DNA of 64,000 nt from Sphingomonadales bacterium (GCA_038256425.1 JBBSKI010000003.1:3392-67391); one strand, 5' to 3'; shown: positions 1 to 9,666, numbered from the stretch's first letter. Notes: generated from the letters alone by a model not told the origin. Program-made: numbers and translations.

Positions 1-253
1 CAATCTGATCGTCGAGTGGGGCGAAGGCGATGCCGATGGCCTTGCCGCACTGATGAACGCGGACAAGAGCGACGCTGAACTGGTCGAAGTGCTTCTGTCG
101 CGGCGCAACCGGGCCTGGGCCGAATGGATCGACAAGCGGCTGGAGACACCGGGCACGGTGTTCCTCGCGGTCGGTGCGGGGCATCTGGCGGGCGGCGGGA
201 GCGTGCAGGACGTGCTATCGGGCAAAGGGATCGTCAGCCAGCGGTTGCAATAG
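1..253 (+). CDS. TraB/GumN family protein, 5'-truncated by window edge
   Basis: C-terminal motifs RRNRAW...FLAVGAGHLAG match the next gene and the TraB/GumN family. Confidence 0.8.
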   Translation, partial: NLIVEWGEGDADGLAALMNADKSDAELVEVLLSRRNRAWAEWIDKRLETPGTVFLAVGAGHLAGGGSVQDVLSGKGIVSQRLQ

Positions 254-280
254 CGGGGTGCCGTGTTGGGGGTTTCATTG

Positions 281-1144
281 ATGCGTTTTGCGGTTCCTTT
301 GGTTGCGCTGCTGCTTGCCGCGTGCAGCGGAGAACCCGCGCCCCAGCGCCACCCGGCGTTGTGGGAAGTCACCGCGCCGGGCGGGACCAAGGGCTATGTA
401 TTCGGGACGATCCATGCGCTGCCCGATGGCCTCGAGTGGGGCAGCCCGGCGCTGGACAAGGCGATCGCCGCCTCGGACCGGCTGGTGCTCGAAATTGCCG
501 AGGGACCCGGCGACGCAGCGAGCCGGGCGACCTTTCTGGAGCTGGGCACCACGCCCGGCCAGCCGCCGCTGGAAACCCGCGTCGATCCCAGGCATCGCGC
601 CGAACTGAAAAAGGCGTTGTCCGAGACCCGGCTCGATCCCGGCCAGTTCGCCAGCCTTGAGGACTGGGCGGCGGCGCTTACCCTGGGTCTGGCGATCGAG
701 GCGAGAGCAGGTTTCGACCCAGCCAACGGGGCGGACGTGGCGCTTCAGGCCAAGGCCGGCAATCGCCCGGTGGTTGGGCTCGAAACGCTGGCGGGCCAGC
801 TTTCGGTGTTCGACGAATTGGCTCCGAGCGCACAACGGATCTTGCTGGATGCGGTGATCGAAGAGAGCGCGGCTCCCGACAAGGGCAAGAAGCTGGTCGA
901 CGCCTGGGCCAGCGGCGACATGGCCACGCTCGATGCCGAGGCGCATGGTGGCATGCTCGCCGACCCTCGGCTGCGCGAGGCGCTACTGGTCGGGCGCAAT
1001 CGGGAATGGACCCGGCAGGTTGCGGCGATGTTGCGCGCCGGGCAACGCCCGTTCGTGGCGGTGGGGGCAGCGCATGTCGCCGGAGTGGATGGCCTGCCCG
1101 CGCTGCTCGCCGCACAGGGGTTCGCGGTGCGCCGCGTACAGTAG
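281..1144 (+). CDS. TraB/GumN family lipoprotein
   Basis: Lipobox LLAAC; motifs PALWEV, YVFGTIH, GLET, RNREW, FVAVGAAH. Confidence 0.85.
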   Translation: MRFAVPLVALLLAACSGEPAPQRHPALWEVTAPGGTKGYVFGTIHALPDGLEWGSPALDKAIAASDRLVLEIAEGPGDAASRATFLELGTTPGQPPLETRVDPRHRAELKKALSETRLDPGQFASLEDWAAALTLGLAIEARAGFDPANGADVALQAKAGNRPVVGLETLAGQLSVFDELAPSAQRILLDAVIEESAAPDKGKKLVDAWASGDMATLDAEAHGGMLADPRLREALLVGRNREWTRQVAAMLRAGQRPFVAVGAAHVAGVDGLPALLAAQGFAVRRVQ

Positions 1145-1191
1145 CATTTGGCAGTAGCTTGCTTTTTCGCCCGTTCGCGCCTAACGGCCCC

Positions 1192-1237
1192 GCTTCCCAC
1201 GTCATGGTCATCCCTGGAGGCGCGGCGGGCGGGAAGC
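1192..1237 (+). promoter_or_regulatory. Hairpin in rplY 5' leader (possible autoregulatory element)
   Basis: GCTTCCC (1192-1198) pairs with GGGAAGC (1231-1237); TTGCTT -35-like hexamer at 1159. Confidence 0.3.
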
Positions 1238-1264
1238 ACAACAAGCAATCGGAAGGTCAGTAAG

Positions 1265-1885
1265 ATGAGCGAAGCTCTTACCCTGGCGGCCGAGACGCGC
1301 GACCGGGCTGGCAAGGGAGCCTCCCGGGCACTGCGTCGCGAAGGCCGCATCCCCGCCGTCGTCTATGGCGGCAAGGAAGAACCCTTGAGCATCCATGTCG
1401 AGGAGCGCGCCCTGGCCCGCATGCTCGGCACGGGGCACTTCACCAACTCGGTCGTCATGCTCGACGTCGGTGGCAAGAAGGTCCGCACCCTGCCCAAGGA
1501 CGTGCATTTTCACCCGGTCAGCGAGCGCCCGCTGCACGTCGATTTCTTCCGCCTCGCGAAGGATTCAACGGTCGATGTCTCGGTGCCCGTGCTCTTCATC
1601 AATGAAGAAGATTCGCCGGGCCTCAAGCGCGGCGGCGTGCTCAACATCGTGCGCCATGAGCTTGAACTGGTCTGCGATGCGGACAAGATCCCGGACGACA
1701 TCCAGATCGACGTGACTGGTCTTGATATCGGCGATTCGATCCACATCAGCAATGTCACCCTGCCCGCCGGTTCGACCAGCGGGATCACCGACCGCGATTT
1801 CACCATCGCCACGATCGTCGCCCCGTCCGGTCTGCGCAGCGAAGACGCTGAAGCCGCCGCCGAGGGCGAGGCTGCCGCTGCTTAA
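1265..1885 (+). CDS. rplY: 50S ribosomal protein L25/general stress protein Ctc
   Basis: [40 protein letters not shown] motifs; followed by pth. Confidence 0.97.
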   Translation: MSEALTLAAETRDRAGKGASRALRREGRIPAVVYGGKEEPLSIHVEERALARMLGTGHFTNSVVMLDVGGKKVRTLPKDVHFHPVSERPLHVDFFRLAKDSTVDVSVPVLFINEEDSPGLKRGGVLNIVRHELELVCDADKIPDDIQIDVTGLDIGDSIHISNVTLPAGSTSGITDRDFTIATIVAPSGLRSEDAEAAAEGEAAAA

Positions 1886-1895
1886 CTCACTTGAA

Positions 1896-1987
1896 CCCCT
1901 CCCGCATGCGGGAGGGGTTTGGGGTGGGGTTTGCTGGTTTTCAGTCGGGTAGGCCCACCCCCGGCCCCTTCCCGCATGCCGGAGGGG
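1896..1987. repeat. REP-like palindromic doublet (CCCCTCCCGCATGCGGGAGGGG type)
   Basis: Palindrome at 1896-1917 plus GGGGTGGG, and an inverted degenerate copy CCCACCCCCGGCCCCTTCCCGCATGCCGGAGGGG at 1954-1987. Confidence 0.8.
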
Positions 1988-1993
1988 TGAAGC

Positions 1994-2563
1994 GTGCAGC
2001 TTTGGGTCGGCCTCGGCAATCCCGGTCCGCAATACGCCATGAATCGCCACAACGTGGGGTTCATGACCGCGGACACCCTGGTCGAAGTCCACGGCTTTGG
2101 TCCGGTGCAGAAGAAGTTTTCCGGCTGGCTGCACGATGGCAGGGTTGGTGGGACGCGGATCCTGCTGCTCAAGCCCGCGACCTTCATGAACGAGAGTGGA
2201 CGTTCGGTCGCCGAGGCGCTGCGCTTCTACAAGCTTGGCGTCGAGGCGCTGACCGTATTTCACGACGAGCTCGATCTTGCTCCGTTCAAGGTCAAGGTGA
2301 AGACCGGCGGCGGCACGGCCGGCCATAACGGTCTGCGTTCGATCGACCAGCACATCGGCCCGGATTTCCGCCGGGTGCGCCTGGGGATTGGCCATCCCGG
2401 GCACAAGGACCGGGTGCATGGGTATGTCCTGGGCAATTATGCAAAGGCCGAACTGGACGATCTGTCCGCCATGCTTGGCGCGGTGGCGGCCGAGGCCGGA
2501 TGGCTTGCCAAAGGCGACGACGTGCGGTTCCTCAACGACCTGGCGTTGCGGCTGGCCGACTGA
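1994..2563 (+). CDS. pth: Peptidyl-tRNA hydrolase
   Basis: VGLGNPG..Y...RHNVGF, KPATFMNESG, HDELDL, GHNGLRSI motifs. Confidence 0.97.
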   Translation: MQLWVGLGNPGPQYAMNRHNVGFMTADTLVEVHGFGPVQKKFSGWLHDGRVGGTRILLLKPATFMNESGRSVAEALRFYKLGVEALTVFHDELDLAPFKVKVKTGGGTAGHNGLRSIDQHIGPDFRRVRLGIGHPGHKDRVHGYVLGNYAKAELDDLSAMLGAVAAEAGWLAKGDDVRFLNDLALRLAD

Positions 2564-2590
2564 CGCACCTTGCTCAAAGCCGTAAAAAAC

Positions 2591-2606
2591 GTCGGTTGAA
2601 TTTACA
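2591..2606. promoter_or_regulatory. Candidate PrsR (PEP-CTERM box) enhancer site
   Basis: GTCGGTTGAATTTACA about 45 bp upstream of a sigma54 promoter; 14/16 identical to 52897-52912. Confidence 0.65.
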
Positions 2607-2649
2607 TCCGGGCTACGTGTTAACTAAAAAACTCGCCAAAATCCACCGC

Positions 2650-2664
2650 TGGCACGGTTTTTGC
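2650..2664 (+). promoter_or_regulatory. Sigma54 (-24/-12) promoter
   Basis: TGGCACG-GTTT-TTGC matches the consensus TGGCACG-N4-TTGC, upstream of the PEP-CTERM gene. Confidence 0.9.
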
Positions 2665-2706
2665 CTCTCATGGTCGTTAACTTCACTGCCTTGGGGGCCG
2701 AAGACC

Positions 2707-3444
2707 ATGAACCTGTTTCGCTCGATTGCTCTGACGTGTGGCGCAGCCGCTGCGCTCTCCTCGACTGCCGCCTGGGCCGATGCGATCACGCTCGATAGCT
2801 CCAAGGTCGGGCAGACGGTAACACTCAGCTTCAATGGAATGGCTGACGGCAACGTCATCTCCGGCCTCACCGGCAGCACCACGATGACCCTGACCGGGAT
2901 CACCGGAACCAGCTACAATTTCAACTATACCGTAACCAATACCACCAGCGGATCGGTCGATTCGCGGATCTCGAGCTTTGGCTTCGACACCAACCCGGAG
3001 ATCACCGGCGCCAGCTCGACCGGGACTTACGGCAATGCGTTGCTGGGTGGACAAGTGCCCAGCCCGTTCAACACGGTCGATGTCTGCTTCAAGTCCGGGG
3101 GATCCAACAGCTGCTCGGGCAATGACGGGGTGCTCGATGGCCAGACTGGCAGCGGCACGCTTTCGCTGGGCTTCGCCAGTGCGCCGACCTCGCTGACGCT
3201 GAGCGATTTCTTCGTGCGCTATCAGTCGATCACTGGTGCAGGCAACGTCACCTCGGCGACCGGCGCGGGGACGATCACGAGCAGCGGCAGCACTGGTGGC
3301 AGCACCGGTGGCAGCACTGGCGGAACCCCGGTTCCGGAACCCGAAATGCTTGGCCTGCTCGGCCTCGGGCTGATCGGCCTGGCGTTCTCCCGCCGCCGCC
3401 GTTCGGTCAATGGCATGCGCGCGGCTCGTCCCGCCTTCGCCTGA
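2707..3444 (+). CDS. PEP-CTERM exosortase-sorted surface protein (probably cistern family)
   Basis: Signal peptide (AWA-D), Ser/Thr/Gly-rich body with a Cys pair (VCFKSGGSNSC), (STGG)3 linker, then VPEP + TM helix + RRRR tail. Confidence 0.9.
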   Translation: MNLFRSIALTCGAAAALSSTAAWADAITLDSSKVGQTVTLSFNGMADGNVISGLTGSTTMTLTGITGTSYNFNYTVTNTTSGSVDSRISSFGFDTNPEITGASSTGTYGNALLGGQVPSPFNTVDVCFKSGGSNSCSGNDGVLDGQTGSGTLSLGFASAPTSLTLSDFFVRYQSITGAGNVTSATGAGTITSSGSTGGSTGGSTGGTPVPEPEMLGLLGLGLIGLAFSRRRRSVNGMRAARPAFA

Positions 3445-3451
3445 CCTCCAA

Positions 3452-4960
3452 TCAACCGCGCGCCTTCGCTTCGGCGAGGTGCGCGCGGATTGTGGCGTTG
3501 TCCGGAGCGGACTTTGCCGCTGCGTTCAGCAAATCGAGTGCGCGGGCCCGATCGCCCTTGGTCTCGACCAGTAGCCAGCCGGCGGTGTCCATCACCGAGG
3601 GATTGGCCGGAGCCAGCTTCAACGCCCGTTCCGCGTAACCGAGCGCCCGCACCTTGTTACCCAGCATCGATTCGGCAAACGCGAGATTGTTGAGCACCAG
3701 CGGGTTTCGGCCGTCGGTTTCGGCAAGTATCCGCTGATAGGCCGCCGAGGCGCCCTTCCAATCCGATTTGCGCAAAGCCGCATCGCCTTTCGCCAGCTCG
3801 CTCGCGAGTGCTTCAGGGGTGGGGTACCGGGCGCGGTCGGCGTAACTGGCCGCCGCAGGATCGCCCGCCGCGCGCGACGCCCTGGCCATTAACGCCAGCA
3901 CCGCACGACTGGCCTCGGCCTTTGCAGCAAACGGCCTGAGGGTCGCGACTGCTGCCTTGGCGTCACCTCCCGCCAATTGCGCTTCCGCCAACAGCAGCGC
4001 GGTCAGCCCATGCCCGGGTGCGCGCCGATTAAGCGGAGCGAGCCGCGTCCGCGCATCGCTCGCCTGCCCCAGCCGCAGCTGCGCCTGAGCATACAACAGC
4101 ATCGCGTCGTCACGCGTGCCGAGCTGGCGCTCGATGGGTTGCAGGATGTCGCGCACCGCCTTCCAGTCCTTGCGTCCCGCCGCGGCCCGTGCCTCGAGAT
4201 AGGCGACTGCCGGGGTTCCGCCGGCAACCTCGCCCAGCGAGGCGAGCAGCGGGGCGAGTTCCTTGGTGCGGCCCAGATCGCCGAGTACCGCCGACTTCCC
4301 GGTCAAGGCGGCGAGATTTCCCGGATACGCTTTCGCAGCGCGGTCATAATAGCCGAGCCCGCGCGCCAGATCGCCTTCTGCCACCGCGAGCCGTGCTGCC
4401 GAGAGCAGCGGATCGAGCCCACCGGGATCCGCTTTCAGAGCCCGCTCGGCCAGCGATCGCGCAGCAGTCTCATCGCCGCGCCCAAGCTGAAACATCGCAT
4501 GATCGGCAAAAAGACGCGCCTTGTTGCCCGGCTGCTTTTCGCCGTCCGTAAAGCTTTTGGCCGCCGCATCCGAATCGCCCAGCATCAAATGCGCCAGCGC
4601 GCGGATCCGCGCGGCCTCGGCATTCTCCACACCCTCAACCGCCTTGGACGCCAGCTCAGCCTTGCCGCGAAGCAGTGCTGCTTCCCCGGCGAGCAATGCA
4701 AAGTCGGCCGGCTTGCGCGCCAGTTGATCGAGCGCGGCCTGCGCCGCGACCCCGTCACCCTGCGCCAGATGCGCTCGCGCCGCGAGCTCCAGCGCGCGCG
4801 CATCGCCCGGCCGCTCCTGCAAGACCGCGCCCAGATCGACTTGAGCGCCACGATAATCGTGCGCGGCGTAAGCCTTGGCGGCGCGATCGAGGCGGGCCTC
4901 GGGACTATCGCCGCAGCCACTCAGAAGCAGCGCGGCAGCGAAGGGAAGAATTCTGTTCAT
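3452..4960 (-). CDS. TPR lipoprotein (PrsT-like, PEP-CTERM system associated)
   Basis: Lipobox LLLSGC, Ala-rich TPR repeats, C-terminal LNNLA...P.NPSVMDTAGW motif. Confidence 0.8.
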   Translation of the reverse strand: MNRILPFAAALLLSGCGDSPEARLDRAAKAYAAHDYRGAQVDLGAVLQERPGDARALELAARAHLAQGDGVAAQAALDQLARKPADFALLAGEAALLRGKAELASKAVEGVENAEAARIRALAHLMLGDSDAAAKSFTDGEKQPGNKARLFADHAMFQLGRGDETAARSLAERALKADPGGLDPLLSAARLAVAEGDLARGLGYYDRAAKAYPGNLAALTGKSAVLGDLGRTKELAPLLASLGEVAGGTPAVAYLEARAAAGRKDWKAVRDILQPIERQLGTRDDAMLLYAQAQLRLGQASDARTRLAPLNRRAPGHGLTALLLAEAQLAGGDAKAAVATLRPFAAKAEASRAVLALMARASRAAGDPAAASYADRARYPTPEALASELAKGDAALRKSDWKGASAAYQRILAETDGRNPLVLNNLAFAESMLGNKVRALGYAERALKLAPANPSVMDTAGWLLVETKGDRARALDLLNAAAKSAPDNATIRAHLAEAKARG

Positions 4961-5055
4961 CGTCCGACGATACACGCGAAGGGTTGAAAATTTCCTGCGC
5001 GCTCGCGTTCGCGCCAATCCATCGCTAAGGCGCGCGCTTTGCCGGCTCGGAGTGC

Positions 5056-6159
5056 ATGATGGGTTTTCGTTGCGGAATTGTCGGCCTGCCAAATATCGGC
5101 AAGTCCACCCTGTTCAACGCGCTGACCGAGACGCAGGCAGCGCAGGCGGCGAACTATCCGTTCTGCACGATAGAACCCAACGTGGGCAACGTGGGCGTGC
5201 CCGATCCGCGGCTCGATGCGCTTGCCGCCATCGCCAAGAGCGCCAAGATCATCCCCACCCAATTGGGCTTCGTCGATATCGCGGGGCTCGTGCGCGGTGC
5301 TTCGCAGGGCGAAGGGCTGGGCAACCAGTTCCTCGGCAACATCCGCGAGGTCGATGCGATCGTCCATGTCCTGCGCTGCTTCGAGGATGACGACATCCAG
5401 CACGTCGACAACAAGATCGACCCGATTTCGGACGCCGAGACGGTCGAGACCGAGCTGATGCTGTCCGATCTGGAGAGCCTGGAAAAGCGCGTCCCCAACC
5501 TCGTCAAAAAGGGCCAGCAGGGCGACAAGGAGGCCAAGGCCGCCGCGACCGTGCTCGGCCGCGCGCTCGACCTGTTGCGCGCAGGCCAGCCCGCCCGGCT
5601 GACCGAAGCGAAGGACGAGGAGGAAGCCCGTCTGCTCGCCCAGGCCCAGCTGCTCACCGCCAAGCCGGTGCTCTATGTCTGCAACGTCGAGGAAGGCGCG
5701 GCGAAGGAGGGCAATGCCTATTCGGCCCGGGTCTTCGCCAAGGCGAAAGCCGAGGGAGCCGAAGCGGTGGTTGTCTCTGCGGCGATCGAGGCAGACATCG
5801 TCACCATGCCGCCCGAAGATCGGCCCGAGTTTCTCGCCGAACTGGGGTTGTCCGAAGCTGGGCTCGCCCGGATCATCCGCGCCGGGTATGAGCTGCTGCA
5901 CCTGATCACTTTCTTCACCGTCGGCCCCAAGGAAGCGCGCGCCTGGACGGTTGAGAAGGGCGCGAAAGCGCCCGATGCCGCAGGTGCGATCCATTCGGAC
6001 ATGCAGCGCGGCTTCATTCGCGCCGAAACCATTGCCTACCCGGACTACATTGCGCTGGGCGGCGAGGCTGGCGCCCGCGATGCCGGCAAGCTGCGCCAGG
6101 AAGGCAAGGAATACGCCATCCAGGACGGCGACGTGCTGCACTTCAAGTTCAACGTCTGA
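5056..6159 (+). CDS. ychF: Redox-regulated ATPase YchF
   Basis: GIVGLPNIGKSTLFNAL, ANYPFCTIEPN, DIAGLV, TGS domain. Confidence 0.97.
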   Translation: MMGFRCGIVGLPNIGKSTLFNALTETQAAQAANYPFCTIEPNVGNVGVPDPRLDALAAIAKSAKIIPTQLGFVDIAGLVRGASQGEGLGNQFLGNIREVDAIVHVLRCFEDDDIQHVDNKIDPISDAETVETELMLSDLESLEKRVPNLVKKGQQGDKEAKAAATVLGRALDLLRAGQPARLTEAKDEEEARLLAQAQLLTAKPVLYVCNVEEGAAKEGNAYSARVFAKAKAEGAEAVVVSAAIEADIVTMPPEDRPEFLAELGLSEAGLARIIRAGYELLHLITFFTVGPKEARAWTVEKGAKAPDAAGAIHSDMQRGFIRAETIAYPDYIALGGEAGARDAGKLRQEGKEYAIQDGDVLHFKFNV

Positions 6160-6178
6160 GGTTTGAAGGCCGCCGCCA

Positions 6179-6203
6179 GGAACGTCCCCCCCCGCCCGCC
6201 GTT
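6179..6203 (+). promoter_or_regulatory. EcfG/SigT-type general stress promoter
   Basis: GGAAC-N16-CGTT, 35 bp upstream of the DUF1206 gene. Confidence 0.75.
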
Positions 6204-6238
6204 CTTCCCCCGCGATCAACGCGGCAAGGGGATAAAGC

Positions 6239-7057
6239 ATGGCACGCGCAGCACGACTCGATTGGCTCGCCAAGGCCGGTTACGCCGCGCGCGGCATCGT
6301 TTACATCCTGTTCGGCTGGCTGGCGCTTTCCGCGCGCAGCAAGGCCGAAGAGGGCAAGAACGGCGTATTCGATGCCATCGAAGACATGCCGATGGGGGAT
6401 GCGCTGTTGCTGCTGACCGCGCTGGGCCTGCTCGCCTATGGCATTTACCGGCTGACCTGCGCGTTTTTGGACATCGAAGGCAAGGGTAACGATCCCAAAG
6501 GATTGCTTGGCCGCGGCGCGCAGTTTCTCAGCGGAGTCATCCACCTCTCGCTGGCCTATACGGCTTCGCAATTCATTGGGTATGGCTCAGCGAAGTCGGC
6601 ATCGAGTGACGGCGAAACCTCGCGCGAGGCAACTCGCACGCTGCTCGATACCGAACTCGGCGACACCGGCTTGTGGCTGGTGGCACTGGGCTTCATCGCG
6701 GTGGGTGGCTGGCAGTTCTATCGCACCTTCAAAGGCAAGCACATGAAGCTGATGGCCGCCGATGCGCCGCGATTTACCGAGATCATTGGTCGGATCGGCG
6801 TGGCCACACGCGGGCTCGTGTTCGCGGTGATCGGATATTCGTTTATCCGGGCAGCGCAGACCGAAAGCGCGGAGCAGGCCAAGGGCATGGGCGATGCGGT
6901 TGCTTCGCTCAGCGAAACCGGTGGCCTCTACACCCTCGTCGCGGTCGGACTGATACTGTTTGGAATTTTCAGCCTGATCCAGGCCCGCTATCGGATCGTC
7001 CCCGCGGTCGATGTGATCGCTGCCGGTCGCAGCAAGGCCCGTTCGGCAATGCGCTGA
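6239..7057 (+). CDS. DUF1206 domain membrane protein
   Basis: LAKAGYAARGIVY and IGRIGVATRGLVF repeats with several TM helices. Confidence 0.8.
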   Translation: MARAARLDWLAKAGYAARGIVYILFGWLALSARSKAEEGKNGVFDAIEDMPMGDALLLLTALGLLAYGIYRLTCAFLDIEGKGNDPKGLLGRGAQFLSGVIHLSLAYTASQFIGYGSAKSASSDGETSREATRTLLDTELGDTGLWLVALGFIAVGGWQFYRTFKGKHMKLMAADAPRFTEIIGRIGVATRGLVFAVIGYSFIRAAQTESAEQAKGMGDAVASLSETGGLYTLVAVGLILFGIFSLIQARYRIVPAVDVIAAGRSKARSAMR

Positions 7058-7179
7058 GTTGCGAGACTGAGGGATTGAGAGGTTCCTGAACGGCCCGGAT
7101 GCAAGCTCCTCTCGGCTGCACCAGTTGACCAGCGCAATGGCTTGCGTCAGCCTGTCGATCAGAGAAGGAGACCCGCCTG

Positions 7180-7605
7180 ATGCGCAAAGTTTGGTTCGTG
7201 GCCACGGCTGTCTTGGCGCTCGCTGCCTGCAACGAAAACGTGGAGCCCGCCGCATCGACCGGATCACCTGCGGCGATGGCGACGACCAATGCGAAAGTGG
7301 AGCCGGTGCCGACCGAGACCGTAAAGCCGCCCCGCCCTTCCGCTCCTGGCACCTCGCCCAGCCCCGCACCCGAGACCGCCCCGCCGGAGGGTGAGGGCGA
7401 CGGCTGCGGTGCCAGCAAGGTCGCACCGTTCGTGGGTCGCCAAGATCGCCCGACCACCCGCGCCGATCTCGCCAAGGCGGTCGGCCATGAGAACATTCGC
7501 TGGATCGGTCCCGACGACATGGTGACGATGGACTTCAACGAGAAGCGGCTGAACGTGCTGCTCGATCAGACCAAGCGGCTGATTACCGGCGCACGGTGCG
7601 GGTGA
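7180..7605 (+). CDS. I78 family peptidase inhibitor lipoprotein
   Basis: Lipobox LAAC, Pro-rich linker, CGA...VTMDFNEKRLNV...RCG motif. Confidence 0.85.
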   Translation: MRKVWFVATAVLALAACNENVEPAASTGSPAAMATTNAKVEPVPTETVKPPRPSAPGTSPSPAPETAPPEGEGDGCGASKVAPFVGRQDRPTTRADLAKAVGHENIRWIGPDDMVTMDFNEKRLNVLLDQTKRLITGARCG

Positions 7606-7619
7606 GGCCTGCCTTCGGA

Positions 7620-8759
7620 TTACCGCATTTTGGCAAAACAGGTCCGCAGTTCCGCAACAAGCGCTTCGGGCTGTTCCCACGCCGCGAAGTGTCCGCCCTT
7701 CGCCATTTCGCCCCAGTGGACTAGCCGCGGGTAGTTGCGTTCCGCCCACTTGCGCGGGGCGGGGAGGATTTCCTTCGGAAAGTTGCTGACACCGACTGGA
7801 ATCTCGATCCTCTGCGGAGCGAAGCTGCCAAAGCTCTCCCAATATAGCCGCGCGGCCGAGGCCCCGGTGGCAGGCAGCCAGTAAAGCATGATGTTGTCGA
7901 GCATCGCATCGCGCGACAGCGCGTCTTCGGGCGCACCGCCGTTATCAGTCCACGCCCACATCTTCTCATAGATCCAACCGGCCAGCCCCACTGGCGAATC
8001 GACCAGCGAGTATCCGACGGTCTGCGGCCGCGTGCGCTGCTCGGTCGAATAGCCCGAGTCCCAATCCTGATAGTGCTTCAGCGCCGCGAGCGCCCTCAGT
8101 TCGTCCGGCCCTGGCGCCGCGAGGTCTTCGGGCAAGGGTCGCGCGATCGGCATGTTGAGGTGGATCCCCTTGCACCCCGCAGGAGCCTGCACGCCGATCG
8201 CGGTGGTCACCGCCGCACCCCAGTCACCGCCCTGCGCGACCCACTCGGCATAGCCGAGCCGTTTCATCAACACGGCCCAGGCCTGGGCGATGCGTTCGAC
8301 CCCCCAGCCGGTCGCGGCCGGCTTGCCCGAAAAGCCGTAGCCGGGCAGCGAGGGGATCACCAGATCGAAGGCGTCCTCCGCCCGCCCGCCATGCGCCACC
8401 GGATCGCTCAGCGGCCCGATCACGCCCATGAATTCGATCACCGAACCCGGCCAGCCGTGAGTCAGCAACAGCGGCATTGCACCCGGATGGGGTGAACGGA
8501 TGTGGAGGAAATGGATGCTCAGACCGTCGATCTCGGTCGTGAACTGGCCCAGTGCGTTGAGCCGTGCCTCGCACCGTCGCCAATCGTATCGATCGCGCCA
8601 GTAGCCGGCGAAATCCTGCAAGGCCGCAAGTGGCACGCCCTGGCTCCAGTCGCTGACCGGCTCCTGCTCGGGCCAGCGGGTCAGCCGCAGCCGGGTCGCA
8701 AGATCGTCGAGCGCAGATTGCGAGATCGACAGGGTGAATGGGGTGATGGCATCGCTCAT
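7620..8759 (-). CDS. Epoxide hydrolase (alpha/beta fold, EHN domain)
   Basis: HGWPGS, PSLPGYGFS, QGGDWG, GGHFAAWEQP motifs. Confidence 0.93.
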   Translation of the reverse strand: MSDAITPFTLSISQSALDDLATRLRLTRWPEQEPVSDWSQGVPLAALQDFAGYWRDRYDWRRCEARLNALGQFTTEIDGLSIHFLHIRSPHPGAMPLLLTHGWPGSVIEFMGVIGPLSDPVAHGGRAEDAFDLVIPSLPGYGFSGKPAATGWGVERIAQAWAVLMKRLGYAEWVAQGGDWGAAVTTAIGVQAPAGCKGIHLNMPIARPLPEDLAAPGPDELRALAALKHYQDWDSGYSTEQRTRPQTVGYSLVDSPVGLAGWIYEKMWAWTDNGGAPEDALSRDAMLDNIMLYWLPATGASAARLYWESFGSFAPQRIEIPVGVSNFPKEILPAPRKWAERNYPRLVHWGEMAKGGHFAAWEQPEALVAELRTCFAKMR

Positions 8760-8852
8760 AAGCAGAGGCTAGCAAGTACCCCAAGGGCGGCAAGGCTTGA
8801 TCGCGCGGGTATGCAGGGGCACAAGCCGATGAGCCACCGCCCGGAGAGAGTT

Positions 8853-9509
8853 ATGTCCCTGCCCCGCCTGCTCGCCCCCGCTGTCGTGCTGAGCCTCCTC
8901 ACGGTGCCGCTGCTCGCCCAGATGCCGACCGTGGTCCCCGGTAAGCCCGACCGGACCCGGGTGGTTGCGGGGACTTACAAGCTCGATCCCGCCCACACGC
9001 TGATCGGGTGGCATGTCGATCATCTTGGCTTCAGCGACTATTTCGGCGTGTTCGGCGACGCTACCGGAACGCTCGTGCTCGATCCGAAGAACCTCGCGGC
9101 GGCAAAGGTCGACGTAACTGTCCCGGTTTCCAAAGTGCTGACCGCGAGTGCCGGGCTCAACGAGCATCTGCTGCGTGCGGGCAAGGCGGGGGGCAAGCCG
9201 GACTTCTTCGGCCCAGAGCCTGCCGATGCCCGCTTTGTCTCGACCGCGGTGAAGCCGGGCAAGGACGGGCTCAGCGCGACCATCGCCGGGCGACTGACCC
9301 TCAACGGAGTCACCCGGCCGGTGACCATCGCGGCGAAATTCTATGGCGCAGGAAAATCGCCGATGGGGGGCGCGGTGACTGTCGGCTTTTCGGGGAAGGC
9401 CACGATCCTGCGTTCGCAATTCGGGATCACAACGGGCATTCCGGTGATCGGAGACAAGGTCGACCTCGAGATCAGCGCGCCTTTCGAGAGAATAAGGATA
9501 GCGCAATAA
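8853..9509 (+). CDS. YceI family lipid/polyisoprenoid-binding protein
   Basis: Signal peptide; YKLDPAHT...HLGFS, GRLTLNGVTRPV, RSQFGI motifs. Confidence 0.88.
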   Translation: MSLPRLLAPAVVLSLLTVPLLAQMPTVVPGKPDRTRVVAGTYKLDPAHTLIGWHVDHLGFSDYFGVFGDATGTLVLDPKNLAAAKVDVTVPVSKVLTASAGLNEHLLRAGKAGGKPDFFGPEPADARFVSTAVKPGKDGLSATIAGRLTLNGVTRPVTIAAKFYGAGKSPMGGAVTVGFSGKATILRSQFGITTGIPVIGDKVDLEISAPFERIRIAQ

Positions 9510-9578
9510 TATTGCGCATTCGGGGGCTGCGGCATTTGTCCGCTGGACAAAACGCTGCCTCCGACGCATAGCGCCCGC

Positions 9579-9626
9579 ATGTGCCGGACCGGACTTACTC
9601 TGCGACTTATCCGCCCTTGGGCGTGA
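9579..9626 (+). CDS. Putative leuA leader peptide MCRTGLTLRLIRPWA
   Basis: 15-aa ORF with three Leu codons, 87 nt upstream of leuA; its 3' end overlaps a long hairpin arm. Confidence 0.6.
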   Translation: MCRTGLTLRLIRPWA

Positions 9627-9666
9627 TCCGCGTGTCGTCCTGCTGACGGTGCGCGTCGCCCAAGGG
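9614..9666 (+). promoter_or_regulatory. leuA leader stem (attenuator-like)
   Basis: CCCTTGGGCG (9614-9623) is the exact reverse complement of CGCCCAAGGG (9657-9666). Confidence 0.6.

Noticed and set aside
3286-3324. AGCACTGGTGGC-type tandem repeat
   Set aside because: It encodes the STGG linker of the PEP-CTERM protein, which is ordinary for this family.
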